Shown: positions 1 to 9,643 of the stretch, one piece after another | How positions within the stretch are numbered: position 1 is the first letter of the stretch | Layout of the letters: each line of letters starts with the position of its first letter | Source: Spirochaetia bacterium | Lineage (GTDB): Bacteria; Spirochaetota; Spirochaetia; WTKD01; G963693115 | Assembly: GCA_965226055.1 (NCBI GenBank) | Contig: CBDDCA010000003.1 | Span: forward strand, 32,001-96,000 | DNA: 64,000 nucleotides | Direction of reading: 5' to 3' | Notes under the pieces: model-generated | What the model saw: only the letters and a program-made list of their open reading frames with translations | Told to the model about the DNA's origin: nothing | The model's database searches: none | Translations under genes and position numbers: made by a program

Positions 1-160
1 ACGAGTGACAAGTGATGAAGCCACAGTACATATTGGAGAGTACTGTTCAAGAATCTGCCATATGGAAGGCTTTGCAGGACATGCAGAGCAAGCGAATATA
101 CGACTTCGTAGATATGGCAAAAAAGATGTTCCGTATGGTACTCCTGCCACAAAGGAATAA
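1..160 (+). CDS. 3' end of a histidinol dehydrogenase (HisD)-family protein, probably a non-biosynthetic paralogue (partial)
   Basis: Frame from nt 2 reads [52 protein letters not shown]. The EG-x-x-x-HA...R motif is typical of the HisD C-terminus. No other his genes are adjacent downstream. Confidence 0.75.
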   Translation, partial: RVTSDEATVHIGEYCSRICHMEGFAGHAEQANIRLRRYGKKDVPYGTPATKE

Positions 161-196
161 TGCAAAAAATAATAGTAAGGAGCTATAGCTTACACT

Positions 197-1036
197 ATGA
201 TAGAACAAATATTTAGCTTAAAAGGAAAAAAAGCCATTGTAACAGGAGCAACAGGGTCTATCGGATATGCCTGTGTGCAAGCACTACTATCTTTTGGAGC
301 TTCGGTGCTTATAGTAGGAAGAAAGAAAGAAAAACTTATTGAGATAGAACAGCGTCTACAAAAAGATATGCTACAAACATCTCATCATAATGCTACTCAG
401 CATGCTCCTAATCATCAGACTGTTCATCAGAATAAGGTACAAGCACAATCTCATCAGCTTGATTGTAACGATATAGCTGCAATGAAAAAATTTTTTTCCA
501 ATCACAATGATACAGACATCTTTGTCAATAGTGTAGGCACTAACATACCAAAGCCTTTGCTTGAAATGAGCGAACAAGACTATGACACGCTTATGGACAC
601 AAATGTAAAAAGTGCTTTTTTTCAAACACAGTGTTTTGTAGCAGCAAAGACAGAAAAAGAAAAAAGAACTACTCAGTCATCTCCTGCATCGATTATTCAC
701 ATATCTTCACAGATGGGATTTGTAGGAGGCGATGAGCGTAGCATATATTGTGCAAGTAAACATGCCATGCAAGGTATGTGTAAAGCCATAGCCTTAGAAA
801 TAGGAAAGTGGAATATGCGTATCAATACTATTTGTCCTACTTTTATTGAGACAGAGCTTACACGTTCTACGCTTGTCGATGCAGAGAAACGAAAAAAAAT
901 AACCCAATCTATTGTCTTTGAACGTTTAGGTGAACTACAGGACATATACGGAGCGGTAGTATACTTAGCCTCTGATGCCTCTCGTTTAGTAACAGGCACT
1001 GCAATAACAGTAGATGGCGGATGGACAGCACGATAG
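197..1036 (+). CDS. Short-chain dehydrogenase/reductase (SDR)
   Basis: TGATGSIG Rossmann motif, YCASK catalytic motif, C-terminal VDGGW. Confidence 0.93.
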   Translation: MIEQIFSLKGKKAIVTGATGSIGYACVQALLSFGASVLIVGRKKEKLIEIEQRLQKDMLQTSHHNATQHAPNHQTVHQNKVQAQSHQLDCNDIAAMKKFFSNHNDTDIFVNSVGTNIPKPLLEMSEQDYDTLMDTNVKSAFFQTQCFVAAKTEKEKRTTQSSPASIIHISSQMGFVGGDERSIYCASKHAMQGMCKAIALEIGKWNMRINTICPTFIETELTRSTLVDAEKRKKITQSIVFERLGELQDIYGAVVYLASDASRLVTGTAITVDGGWTAR

Positions 1037-1042
1037 GGGAGC

Positions 1043-1315
1043 TTAGTTATTTTTTCTCATAGATATTTCTTTCTCTATATCTCTGTCTACAGAGTTAGTA
1101 AGACTATCAATTTCAAGCCCCATACCTTCTATTATTCTTTGATTTTCAACTTTCAAGGTTTCTAAAAATTCTGACTTATTCCACAGCCTATTTTTATTAC
1201 CAAATCCATCTTCAGTAACATCCTGCAATGTACTTAAGTAAGATATGTGCATGACAATTAATACTATCAGGCTTACCTCTCTTACCTGTTCTGTTGGGTA
1301 CATGTATGGCCACAT
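1043..1315 (-). CDS. Hypothetical protein or fragment ending in the duplicated IEKEISMRK sequence
   Basis: ORF track. Its C-terminus is encoded by repeat copy 1. Start uncertain. Confidence 0.3.
   Translation of the reverse strand: MWPYMYPTEQVREVSLIVLIVMHISYLSTLQDVTEDGFGNKNRLWNKSEFLETLKVENQRIIEGMGLEIDSLTNSVDRDIEKEISMRKNN
1050..1078. repeat. 29-bp direct repeat, copy 1 (TTTTTTCTCATAGATATTTCTTTCTCTAT)
   Basis: Identical to 2404-2432. Confidence 0.9.
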
Positions 1316-1703
1316 CGCAACACATACCTTGATCAGTTAAGAGTTTGGTAAATTGCTCTACATAAGAAAGAAAAAAATAAGTCTGATAATTCTAAACTGC
1401 GACTGAAAGTATAAGTAGCTTTTTAATAATAGATAATCTCATTCGTATAGAGAGACTGAAAATAGATACTCCTATATAATGTATTATCCGATGTTTATTC
1501 CCAATTATTTATCAATGGCTGGCTACTATGTATATAGTTCCCAAATGATAGGAGTATAATCTATAGAAAAATAAAAACTATTTACTTATCAAAATCTCAG
1601 AAACCTACCGCGTTGTAAAAACAGGAAACACTATATAATTAAATATAAGGTTAAGCCCTAAAATCCTATCGCAAAATCATAGCCCCAAGCCTGGCCTAGA
1701 TGT

Positions 1704-1922
1704 TTATTGGTTTATTGCATTATAGAGTAAAGCGAATCCAGAAAGCATGATTGCAAAGTTTATTCCAAATATCCAATAAATAGTTTTTATACTATTGCTC
1801 AAACTATTTATTTTTTCATTTAAGTTTGTATTCATACTATTCATTTTTTCTACGAGTAAATCATACTGAGTTACTGGTGTGCCTAATGAACCATCATCTG
1901 TATTTTTCTTTATATCTTTCAT
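1704..1922 (-). CDS. Small coiled-coil protein with C-terminal transmembrane anchor (Bdr/DUF1640-like architecture)
   Basis: 72 aa. Heptad-like MNSMNTNLNEKINSLSNSIK followed by hydrophobic IYWIFGINFAIMLSGFALLY. Confidence 0.6.
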   Translation of the reverse strand: MKDIKKNTDDGSLGTPVTQYDLLVEKMNSMNTNLNEKINSLSNSIKTIYWIFGINFAIMLSGFALLYNAINQ

Positions 1923-1955
1923 AATCCTATTATCGCATATTTTTATTTTTTTAGT

Positions 1956-2409
1956 TTAGAGACTTGGGCTCTTGTAGCTCTGATTTTGTTGCTGCTCCTG
2001 TTCATATTCTCTTTTTAATTCTTTTATTTTCTCTACGATTGTTTTTTTAAGGTAGGATATGATGTTATACTTGGTTTAATTTCTTCTTCTAACATTTTAT
2101 TTTCTTTATCTGTAAAATTATTCTTTTTGTAAATAGTCTTCTTTTCATCATACAACATATTGTCACATACTTTCTGAGCTACTCTTTTAATTTCTGCCTG
2201 TCTCTCCTGCTCGATATGTTGTCTTTCAAGTTGATACTGTTTTTCTTTCTGTTCCTGCTCGATAGATAGCTGTATACTTTTATTCACATCAATACTAAGT
2301 ATAGGTTCGGGTGATAGTGGGTAATATTCTTTTTCATCTTGTTTATGTGCCTTATCTATTTGGGGTTGGGATAACTCTCGTTTTTCCTCTCTAATATCCT
2401 CTTTTTTTT
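1956..2409 (-). pseudogene. 5'-truncated, frameshifted charged coiled-coil gene fragment
   Basis: The frame of ORF 2033..2287 is open back to the repeat junction (EKKEDIREEKRELSQPQIDK...). Adding one A to the A7 run (2042-2048) extends it to ...TIVEKIKELKREYEQEQQQNQSYKSPSL*. Confidence 0.45.
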
Positions 2410-3434
2410 CTCATAGATATTTCTTTCTCTATGAGAGAAAAAATATCATAGCCAAACTGTTTTAGTATATCAAGTATATCTATCATCACCCAATTTTCTA
2501 CAAGACGATTTTCTTCTCGTCTCCATATATCAACAACACGTAGAGTAATCTTTGTATTGCTTGCAGTCAACCCAAGCCATCCATCACCAGTATGAGACGC
2601 ATACATAGAAGGAAACCCAAAGTCGCATACATAGTTTCCCTCTGCTAGCTGTGCTGTATACGGAGTCTCTGTTTTTGAGAGTATACCTCTATCAGGAAAT
2701 GCAGTGAGAAATGGAATTTGATGATACTTTTGAAACCCTTTCAATCCGCGTGTAGTACCTATCCCAGAAGGGCCGTACCACATCATGTTTTTTGTATCCC
2801 AGAAACGTTCTTGTCCCATTGAATCAAGACTGTTTCCATCATAGGAAAGCAATCCATCAAGCATAGCATTTACCAAATTAAGAGAAGCAATACTTTCTTC
2901 TTCGCTGGTATCATAGAGGATAATACCGTCCTGTGTCATTGGTGCTGCAGTTACAATCTCAGCTCCTCGTTGTGGTAATAGTTGTAACCCTGCTTGTCTC
3001 ATGATAGCAAGAGAGTCAATAAAATACCATGCCTTTTGTATACGCCCATTTTGTAATATATAATGAGCATGAAAGCGAATCCATGTTGCTTGTTGAGTAG
3101 CAGGAACAGTAAACCAATCTCGTGCAAATGTGCCTATCATGTTTCCTGCACAACATACACATTCCATATCTTTGTATACATCACCAAACAAAAGATACGG
3201 CTGAATTTCTAGATCAGGAAATGAATAGCTGAGAGTATGCCAAAATTGAGTCATATGCTCTTCTATGCCTTTTTGAGGAGCATGAGAAAAAGGCTCGGTA
3301 GCATAGCTTTCACTATCATGTGCCATATATGTTTGTAATGTTTCTGCGGTATATGTGCCATTTTCTAAGGCACGGTTTATATCTTGTATACATGAATATA
3401 CAACTTGTTTGTTGTGTAATATATGTTGTTTCAT
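2391..3434 (-). CDS. SnoaL/NTF2-like 'ester cyclase' protein, two domains
   Basis: SFPDL, WYGPSGIG, FLTAFPDR and RVVDIWRREENRLVENWVMID motifs. Start moved to ATG 3434 (AAGGA RBS upstream). Paralogue of 4505..5506. Confidence 0.85.
   Translation of the reverse strand: MKQHILHNKQVVYSCIQDINRALENGTYTAETLQTYMAHDSESYATEPFSHAPQKGIEEHMTQFWHTLSYSFPDLEIQPYLLFGDVYKDMECVCCAGNMIGTFARDWFTVPATQQATWIRFHAHYILQNGRIQKAWYFIDSLAIMRQAGLQLLPQRGAEIVTAAPMTQDGIILYDTSEEESIASLNLVNAMLDGLLSYDGNSLDSMGQERFWDTKNMMWYGPSGIGTTRGLKGFQKYHQIPFLTAFPDRGILSKTETPYTAQLAEGNYVCDFGFPSMYASHTGDGWLGLTASNTKITLRVVDIWRREENRLVENWVMIDILDILKQFGYDIFSLIEKEISMRKKRGY
2404..2432. repeat. 29-bp direct repeat, copy 2, inside the 3' end of the SnoaL-like gene
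   Basis: Identical to 1050-1078. Confidence 0.9.
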
Positions 3435-3444
3435 AGTATTGTCC

Positions 3445-4497
3445 TTATGTTTTATTTCGGTATAATTGACACAATGTATCAAATGCATCGTACACAAGCC
3501 ATTCTTGAGTAATGCTATTGTTTACAATTTCTATATGATGAATCCCTAAAGTATTGGCACTCATATCTGTTGCAGTGCCAAATACCTGTGAATCATGAGC
3601 ATGTACGCCTTTTAGTCGCCATCGTATTGCTATTTCAGTTTTTTCTTCATAGAAAGTAGCGGTAATTTGGTATATACTCAAGGCTTTCTCTTCAAACGGG
3701 GAGAGCAATGTACTCCATAGAAACTTTCTTTGTTCGGGAGAACGATAGGAACTATCGCATATGCCATTGCTTACAGCAGTATCATGATAAAAAGAATCGA
3801 TTGATTGGTTGTTACTAATAGCTTTGTACAAGGACATAACAAAATCAATAGCTGCTTCGTCAGTATCGTGCGGTGTGTACTGGCTGTACTGTATAGGGGT
3901 ACAGCCATCGTCATATGCAAGTACATCTATGGCATTGTAGCGGGTATCCTGTATTGCCATATGTATGGGATCAAAGCCAAGTTGTCGTATAACAAACAAG
4001 TTATCACGTACAAGCCATTCTTCATAAATAATATTATTTTTTGCAAGGCAATCTGCTATAGTACGAAAATGAATATGCTTTCCTGTTGCTGCTCCATATA
4101 CAGTAGCACCAGTATTTGTAGCAGTCGAGAAAATTCTATGGGACGAAAAAAAACGCTGCTCGTCACTACTGATGAGAGATTCTTTGCTAGCACAAGTACT
4201 ATCGTGATAATGGGCCCATATAACAGCTTCTGCTCCCATTGTTCTATCAGGAAAAGAATACAGTGTTTTTAATGTTCCTTCTATTACTTGATCTAATCCG
4301 TGTATAGTTCTTGCTCCACTATGTATAGCAATATCTTTATCATAAGTATCATATAAAAGCCAAATAGCTCTCTTTTCCCAAATCTGTTCAGTAATATCAA
4401 GTATATAATGAGGAAAACTGGTATATATATCCTTAAAGCCCGGAGGAGTACTGTAAGAGCTTAGCCGCTTTTGATGTAAATATTCTCTTATAATCAT
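3445..4497 (-). CDS. SnoaL/NTF2-like 'ester cyclase' protein, two domains
   Basis: ITEQIWE, SFPDR, IYEEWLVRD and AIRWRLKGVH...ITQEWLVYD motifs. Confidence 0.85.
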   Translation of the reverse strand: MIIREYLHQKRLSSYSTPPGFKDIYTSFPHYILDITEQIWEKRAIWLLYDTYDKDIAIHSGARTIHGLDQVIEGTLKTLYSFPDRTMGAEAVIWAHYHDSTCASKESLISSDEQRFFSSHRIFSTATNTGATVYGAATGKHIHFRTIADCLAKNNIIYEEWLVRDNLFVIRQLGFDPIHMAIQDTRYNAIDVLAYDDGCTPIQYSQYTPHDTDEAAIDFVMSLYKAISNNQSIDSFYHDTAVSNGICDSSYRSPEQRKFLWSTLLSPFEEKALSIYQITATFYEEKTEIAIRWRLKGVHAHDSQVFGTATDMSANTLGIHHIEIVNNSITQEWLVYDAFDTLCQLYRNKT

Positions 4498-4504
4498 ATA
4501 TATA

Positions 4505-5506
4505 TTATACTAATTCTTTACAACGAGCAAATACATCAAGACCTTGTTGTAATAGCCAGTAAGGAATATCAATAAACACCCAGTTTTCTGCAAGTTTATC
4601 ATGTTCTCTGCGGTATATGTCCACAACACGCATATCAGCAGGCTTTGAAGCAGGAAGCCCTAGAAACCCACCAGTAGGAGTATTGGTTAAGTTAGGCCAG
4701 CCGAAGAAACCTGCGTACTGTCCTTCTGCAAAACGACATATGTGACCATTAAATGTTTTGTCTTTTAGATTTTTACGAAAAGGGTATTGATGTTGTTTTT
4801 GAAACAGAGGAATAGTATAGGTTGCTCCAATGCCTGTCGGACCGTACCATATCATATCTTTATGCCATGTTCTCTCTAAATATTTAGGATTGCATTCATC
4901 ATTTCCTGTTTTATTGAGTGTATCTAAATCATCAATCATAGTGTTAAGAAGATTGAGTGTTTTTTCTCCTTCTTCTGGAACTTGTGTCTTGTAAAGAAGT
5001 CCATCATGGGTACGGGGACCTGGATAGAGAAATGAGGCTCCCGTTTGCATAGGAAGAGGATATATGCCTGATTGTTGCATAACATCGATCATATCACAGA
5101 AAAATGCACTTTGGGTAATACTATCGTTTTCAACACAATGAAATTCAGCATAACGAAGAAAGGTCATTGCATTGTTGGATGGAATACCTAGCCACTCTGC
5201 TTGTCGTATTCCTAAAAAATGCCCCATACTGATAGTCCATATTTTGTTATCGTATATATTTTTTCCTGCAATAAAAATATCTTGTCGTCTTTGTACATGA
5301 GACCAAGAAGCATAAAACGGCTTCCAGAATATTTCTATTACCTGTTGTCTATCGTTTTGCTTGTTAAATGGATGTACTCCATACCATGTATATGCTTGTG
5401 ATACATATTTTTGCACTATTGATGCCACCGTATCTTGTGTAGCTGTTTCTAATTCTGTATAGTATGAAAGTACTAATTGTTTTGCATGCTCAATACTTAC
5501 AGACAT
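4505..5506 (-). CDS. SnoaL/NTF2-like 'ester cyclase' protein, two domains
   Basis: WYGPTGIG and MRVVDIYRREHDKLAENWVFID motifs. Confidence 0.85.
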   Translation of the reverse strand: MSVSIEHAKQLVLSYYTELETATQDTVASIVQKYVSQAYTWYGVHPFNKQNDRQQVIEIFWKPFYASWSHVQRRQDIFIAGKNIYDNKIWTISMGHFLGIRQAEWLGIPSNNAMTFLRYAEFHCVENDSITQSAFFCDMIDVMQQSGIYPLPMQTGASFLYPGPRTHDGLLYKTQVPEEGEKTLNLLNTMIDDLDTLNKTGNDECNPKYLERTWHKDMIWYGPTGIGATYTIPLFQKQHQYPFRKNLKDKTFNGHICRFAEGQYAGFFGWPNLTNTPTGGFLGLPASKPADMRVVDIYRREHDKLAENWVFIDIPYWLLQQGLDVFARCKELV

Positions 5507-5509
5507 ATA

Positions 5510-6541
5510 TTATCCTTTTACTGCCCCTGCAGAGAGGCCTTTTACAAGATATTTCTGAAAGAATATAATAATGAATATAATAGGAATGGTAATAGAAATT
5601 GATGCTGCTGCTGCAATAGTACGATATGCTGCATCTTCTCCGCTTGTATATGATGCAATGGCCACAGGAAGAGTCCAGTTTGATTGAAGAAGCAAACGAC
5701 CAAGTAAAAATTCATTATAGGCTAAAAGCAAGGTAAAGAGGCTAGTGGTAATAATACCAGGCCACGATATAGGGAGAATAACCCTCCAAAAAGCAGTAAA
5801 TCTACTCGCTCCATCAATTAACGCTGCTTGTTCAATTTCCTTTGGTATTTCCATAAAAAAGCTACGAAGCATCCAAATAGTAAAAGGCTGATTTACCGCA
5901 ACAAGCACGAGTATCATCAAAAGATGAGTGTCATAAAGTCCTGTAATCTGTCCTACATAATAGAAAGGAAGCCCAAAAGCAGTACGAGGTAACGCACGAA
6001 AGCTCAAGGCTACTATGAGTATAATAGTACTCATTATTCCTTTATAGCGAGACAATGCGTATCCTCCAAAACATCCAATAGTAATGGATATACATAAAGT
6101 AAATACCGTGATAATAATACTGTTGATAAGGTATCCATAAAATTTTGATACAGTAACAAACAGAGGAGTAATAGCAATCATGATAATAATGATACTTGTA
6201 ATGATAATCCCCATAGTTGTATTTGAAAGTATCTGTTTTTTGCGGTTATATCGATATACTACAATACATGCTATCAGTAAGATAATACTTGTTATCCCAA
6301 CAGGCATAAATTCGGCTACAGGCTCTTGATATGCAGAACCACGTACAAGAAGCCAGAGTTTTGCAAAATTATATGGGGTAGGCATAAAGCCCCATATACT
6401 TGGCACTATTTTATTTGCTTCTACTGGAAATTTAATTGCAGTGAGAAGTGCCCATAAAAAAGGAAGCAAGCACAGTATAGATACTATCACTAATATGAGA
6501 TGAATAAGAATACGAAGATATATGTTTTTTACTTTATCGAT
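5510..6541 (-). CDS. Carbohydrate ABC transporter permease (MalG type)
   Basis: EAA loop (EIEQAALIDGAS), C-terminal QKYLVKGLSAGAVKG. The frame is open up to an ATC at 6541 preceded by GGAGG; the ORF track start is GTG 6490. Confidence 0.9.
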   Translation of the reverse strand: MDKVKNIYLRILIHLILVIVSILCLLPFLWALLTAIKFPVEANKIVPSIWGFMPTPYNFAKLWLLVRGSAYQEPVAEFMPVGITSIILLIACIVVYRYNRKKQILSNTTMGIIITSIIIIMIAITPLFVTVSKFYGYLINSIIITVFTLCISITIGCFGGYALSRYKGIMSTIILIVALSFRALPRTAFGLPFYYVGQITGLYDTHLLMILVLVAVNQPFTIWMLRSFFMEIPKEIEQAALIDGASRFTAFWRVILPISWPGIITTSLFTLLLAYNEFLLGRLLLQSNWTLPVAIASYTSGEDAAYRTIAAAASISITIPIIFIIIFFQKYLVKGLSAGAVKG

Positions 6542-7399
6542 TTAGCGTTCCTCCTTTTGTTGTTTATAGGTAATAATAAGAAATGGTATAAGCACTACTA
6601 AAATTCCTATGACAGTAATAATAGACACAGCATTTGCTTTTCCTAATCGTTGTACAGCAGTAGCTATCTTAAAATTATAGTACATAATAGTATCTACCTT
6701 AAAGGCGGGGTTACTCCGTGACATAACTATAATGCTATCAAATATACGATATGCGTCCATAATAGAGACTAATGATACAAATACAATAAGAGGACTAAGG
6801 TGAGGAATAACAACATGCTGTATTTTCTTAAAAATATTTGCTCCATCTATTTTTGCTGCTTCCATTGTTTCTCGTGGAAGCGTTTGTAATCCTGCAAAAA
6901 ATGTTATCATTGCAAAGGGGGTAACATACCATATGCCATGCGTAATAATAAGAAAACGTACAGTGTTAGTAGTGAGAATAAAATCATAATTGAAGAAATC
7001 TAACAGAAAATAATATAACCCCCCTCTATCAAACATGTTTCTAAACATTAAAGTACCAACAACAGGAGTTATAATAAAAGGAATAAGAATAGCTGCTACA
7101 TACAATCCACGCCCTTTCTTTATCTGATCTACTAATAAGGCAAGAAAAAACCCAAGTAATAATTCAAAAGGGATAGTAATACAAATAAAAAGGAGAGTAA
7201 ATCGAAAAGAACTCCAAAAGTCTGGATCTTGTATTATTTCTATGTAGTTTCTTAGTCCTATAAACTGAGGCTGATCAAGTGTAGCATAGGTAAGGTAATG
7301 AAAGCTTAGCCATATAGCAGTGAACAATGGTATTATCATCATGAGAGTCATAACAATAAGACTTGGTGATATAAATTTTAGGAAAGTTGCTCTTTTCAC
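6542..7399 (-). CDS. Carbohydrate ABC transporter permease (MalF type)
   Basis: FIGLRNY and AGLQTLPRETMEAAKIDGA motifs. Confidence 0.92.
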   Translation of the reverse strand: MKRATFLKFISPSLIVMTLMMIIPLFTAIWLSFHYLTYATLDQPQFIGLRNYIEIIQDPDFWSSFRFTLLFICITIPFELLLGFFLALLVDQIKKGRGLYVAAILIPFIITPVVGTLMFRNMFDRGGLYYFLLDFFNYDFILTTNTVRFLIITHGIWYVTPFAMITFFAGLQTLPRETMEAAKIDGANIFKKIQHVVIPHLSPLIVFVSLVSIMDAYRIFDSIIVMSRSNPAFKVDTIMYYNFKIATAVQRLGKANAVSIITVIGILVVLIPFLIITYKQQKEER

Positions 7400-7455
7400 A
7401 ATAATAGTTTATGGTAAGATATATATGGTATCTTTCATACAGTTAGCACTAAAGA

Positions 7456-7495
7456 TATAAGTGTACTGTCAATTATGTACGGCAATACACTTATA
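7456..7495 (-). terminator. Intercistronic stem-loop between binding-protein and permease genes
   Basis: TATAAGTGTA...TACACTTATA 10-bp perfect stem plus imperfect extension. Typical position for an mRNA-stabilising or attenuating hairpin. Confidence 0.6.
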
Positions 7496-7507
7496 ATACA
7501 ATATGTG

Positions 7508-8812
7508 TTACAGTACCCCTTGTTGGGTAGCTTCTTTTCTATACGCATCAGCCATCTCATTGAGTAGCCCTTGAATATCATCTCTTCTGTTAATTGCCTG
7601 TGGAAGATAATTATCTGCTATTGCTATAGCAATAGGATTACCAGGATGAGTGCTTGTCACCGCACCTCCTTCACTAATTGATTGTAACGCTGCTTTAGTA
7701 TAGCGTACATCTTGTCTTGCTTCTGATACTTTATTTCTTGTCATAAGAGAATAGTCTGCTCCACGTTTTTGTGATTCAAAATCTGTGGCTTCTGCAATAA
7801 CACGAAAAATATATTCTGGATCTACCGTTGTATTTATAGGAATCATATAGTAATCAGCAGTAGCAGGAGCAGCTCTTTTTTCTGAGGGGCTTACACGTGG
7901 TGCAGGGGCAAAGCCAATTCTCCCAACAAACTGAGATTTTGTAGGATCGTCCATATTTGCAGCACGGGAGGTCCATGTTGTTGCAGATGCAAGGCGACCA
8001 GTCTCAAGCCCAATCTCTACATCGTCAATACTCCAGGAAAGGCCTTCTTTACCCATTGTGGCATCAGCAATGTCAAGTATCATTTCTAATGCAGCAACTC
8101 CTTCTTTGCTATTAAAAAGAGGTTCTCCCTCATCACTGAGCCATTGTCCTCCAAAAGCATTGAGAAAATTGATAAATTCAATACGCCATGCCCATCCAGC
8201 ATGAAGATTAATTGCAAAAGGAAGATCAATATCTGCATCTTTTAGTTTTTTTGCAGACGCAATGACATCAGCATATGTTTCTGGCACACTGATATTATAT
8301 TCTTCAAAAATATCCATATTATAGAAATAATGCATAGAATTAGCAGTAAAAGGAATACCATAAATCTTTCCGTCAGGAGAAGTAAGAGTATAGAGAGTAT
8401 CACTAATATCACCAAAATCATATACATCTTTATATTTTTCAATATAATCATCAAGAGCAAGAATCTGTTTATTTATTGCTAACTCCGTGAGAAACGTTGC
8501 ATCTCCTTGTACGATCTCATACGGAGATTTTCCTCCGCCTGCTAATGCCAAACGTACTTGTTCTCGCACACTTTGGGAATCTAACAGCTGAGTGCTTACC
8601 GTTAATTTATCTACAGAGTTGAACGATTCAAGCTCTTCTGCAAAAAATTCGGTAACAGGAAAGCGCCACCCAATCATATTGATTGTTGTTGCTGTTTCTG
8701 GTACTAGTACTAATGTTTCAGTACTATCTGATGTATTCTCGTTGTTGCCTCCTGCAAATAATACAGTAGATACAAGAGAGAATAACATTACATAAAAAGT
8801 AATATTTTTCAT
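7508..8812 (-). CDS. Carbohydrate ABC transporter substrate-binding protein
   Basis: Signal peptide ending LFAGG, DGKIYGIP, YNMDIF...VPETY (SBP family 1). Confidence 0.92.
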   Translation of the reverse strand: MKNITFYVMLFSLVSTVLFAGGNNENTSDSTETLVLVPETATTINMIGWRFPVTEFFAEELESFNSVDKLTVSTQLLDSQSVREQVRLALAGGGKSPYEIVQGDATFLTELAINKQILALDDYIEKYKDVYDFGDISDTLYTLTSPDGKIYGIPFTANSMHYFYNMDIFEEYNISVPETYADVIASAKKLKDADIDLPFAINLHAGWAWRIEFINFLNAFGGQWLSDEGEPLFNSKEGVAALEMILDIADATMGKEGLSWSIDDVEIGLETGRLASATTWTSRAANMDDPTKSQFVGRIGFAPAPRVSPSEKRAAPATADYYMIPINTTVDPEYIFRVIAEATDFESQKRGADYSLMTRNKVSEARQDVRYTKAALQSISEGGAVTSTHPGNPIAIAIADNYLPQAINRRDDIQGLLNEMADAYRKEATQQGVL

Positions 8813-8956
8813 AATAACCCTCTTAATGTTTTTTATATAGTATACTATAATATTAAAAAAAAGTTTTTAGTAAATACAATAGGTAAATTAATTATATACA
8901 ATACTACTGTAATTCCATATAATGATATGATTACCACATAATAAAGGAATAATGGT

Positions 8957-9406
8957 ATGAGAAACATTTTGTTGTTATGGTGTATGTTTGCACCGTTTTT
9001 ATTTAGTTGTGTGTCTCTGTCTGAATCTGATATAGCTATTGATTATGGAGAACAAAGATTGATAACGAAAGAAGGGGTATCAGTAAATGAACTGTACATA
9101 CTTACTCATGAATTTTTACTGTTTCATATAAGTGATGCCGAAGTGAGCGTAGAGTTTTTTGATAAAGAAGATGGCAAAATAATAGGCAATTTCAATGTGA
9201 AAATAGTTAATGACAGTGCCTACACAGATTCTGTAGTGTACTATAACTATACTTATAATATTGATATAAGAGATGGCCAAGTACATGCTAGCATTAAAGG
9301 GATAGCAAGGCAGGTTGATGCTACGCTCATTCAGTTTTGTACTGATTTTCTCGATGCTTTAGAGGAGTATATTCATAGTCATTCTATTATAGATAGGTTT
9401 GTATAG
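8957..9406 (+). CDS. Hypothetical lipoprotein (DUF4468-like)
   Basis: Lipobox LFSC, DKEDGKIIG and IDIRDG motifs, AAGGA RBS. Confidence 0.6.
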   Translation: MRNILLLWCMFAPFLFSCVSLSESDIAIDYGEQRLITKEGVSVNELYILTHEFLLFHISDAEVSVEFFDKEDGKIIGNFNVKIVNDSAYTDSVVYYNYTYNIDIRDGQVHASIKGIARQVDATLIQFCTDFLDALEEYIHSHSIIDRFV

Positions 9407-9498
9407 TTTTTTCTGTAAAATGTTGCACATGCAGATTAAAGTATTGTAAAGTGCATTAGTATGCGATACAGCAAAAAAGAGCAGAAAAACAAAAAGGT

Positions 9499-9537
9499 GG
9501 AATTTCACTATCTCATGTATACCTTTGGTAGCACTCA
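9499..9537 (+). repeat. att-like site A (left island boundary)
   Basis: GGAATTTCAC-TATCTCATGTATACCTTTG-GTAGCACTCA. Homology to the other copies continues only rightward. Confidence 0.75.
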
Positions 9538-9614
9538 ATTCAGATATTTTATGTAATTAGTACTTAAAATTGAGGATAGCAGGCTATTTTTTAAAAAAAA
9601 TAGGTGTTCTGCTA

Positions 9615-9643
9615 TTGCGGTTTTTTTTTTTTTATTGTATAAT
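9615..9643 (+). promoter_or_regulatory. Sigma70-type promoter with T13 tract in a 17-bp spacer
   Basis: TTGCGG (9615-9620), T13-ATTG, TATAAT (9638-9643). AAGGAG RBS before ATG 9696. Confidence 0.75.

Larger units (their letters stand above)
1050..2432. mobile_element. Probable integrated fragment or remnant of a mobile element (~1.35 kb) bounded by 29-bp direct repeats
   Basis: Exact 29-bp direct repeats. The interior holds only short or broken ORFs unrelated to the flanking catabolic genes. No integrase or transposase visible. Confidence 0.5.

Noticed and set aside
1-1036. Calling the first two genes hpsN-hpsO (DHPS catabolism)
   Set aside because: Only 52 aa of the HisD-like protein are visible and I cannot match them specifically to HpsN; left at family level.
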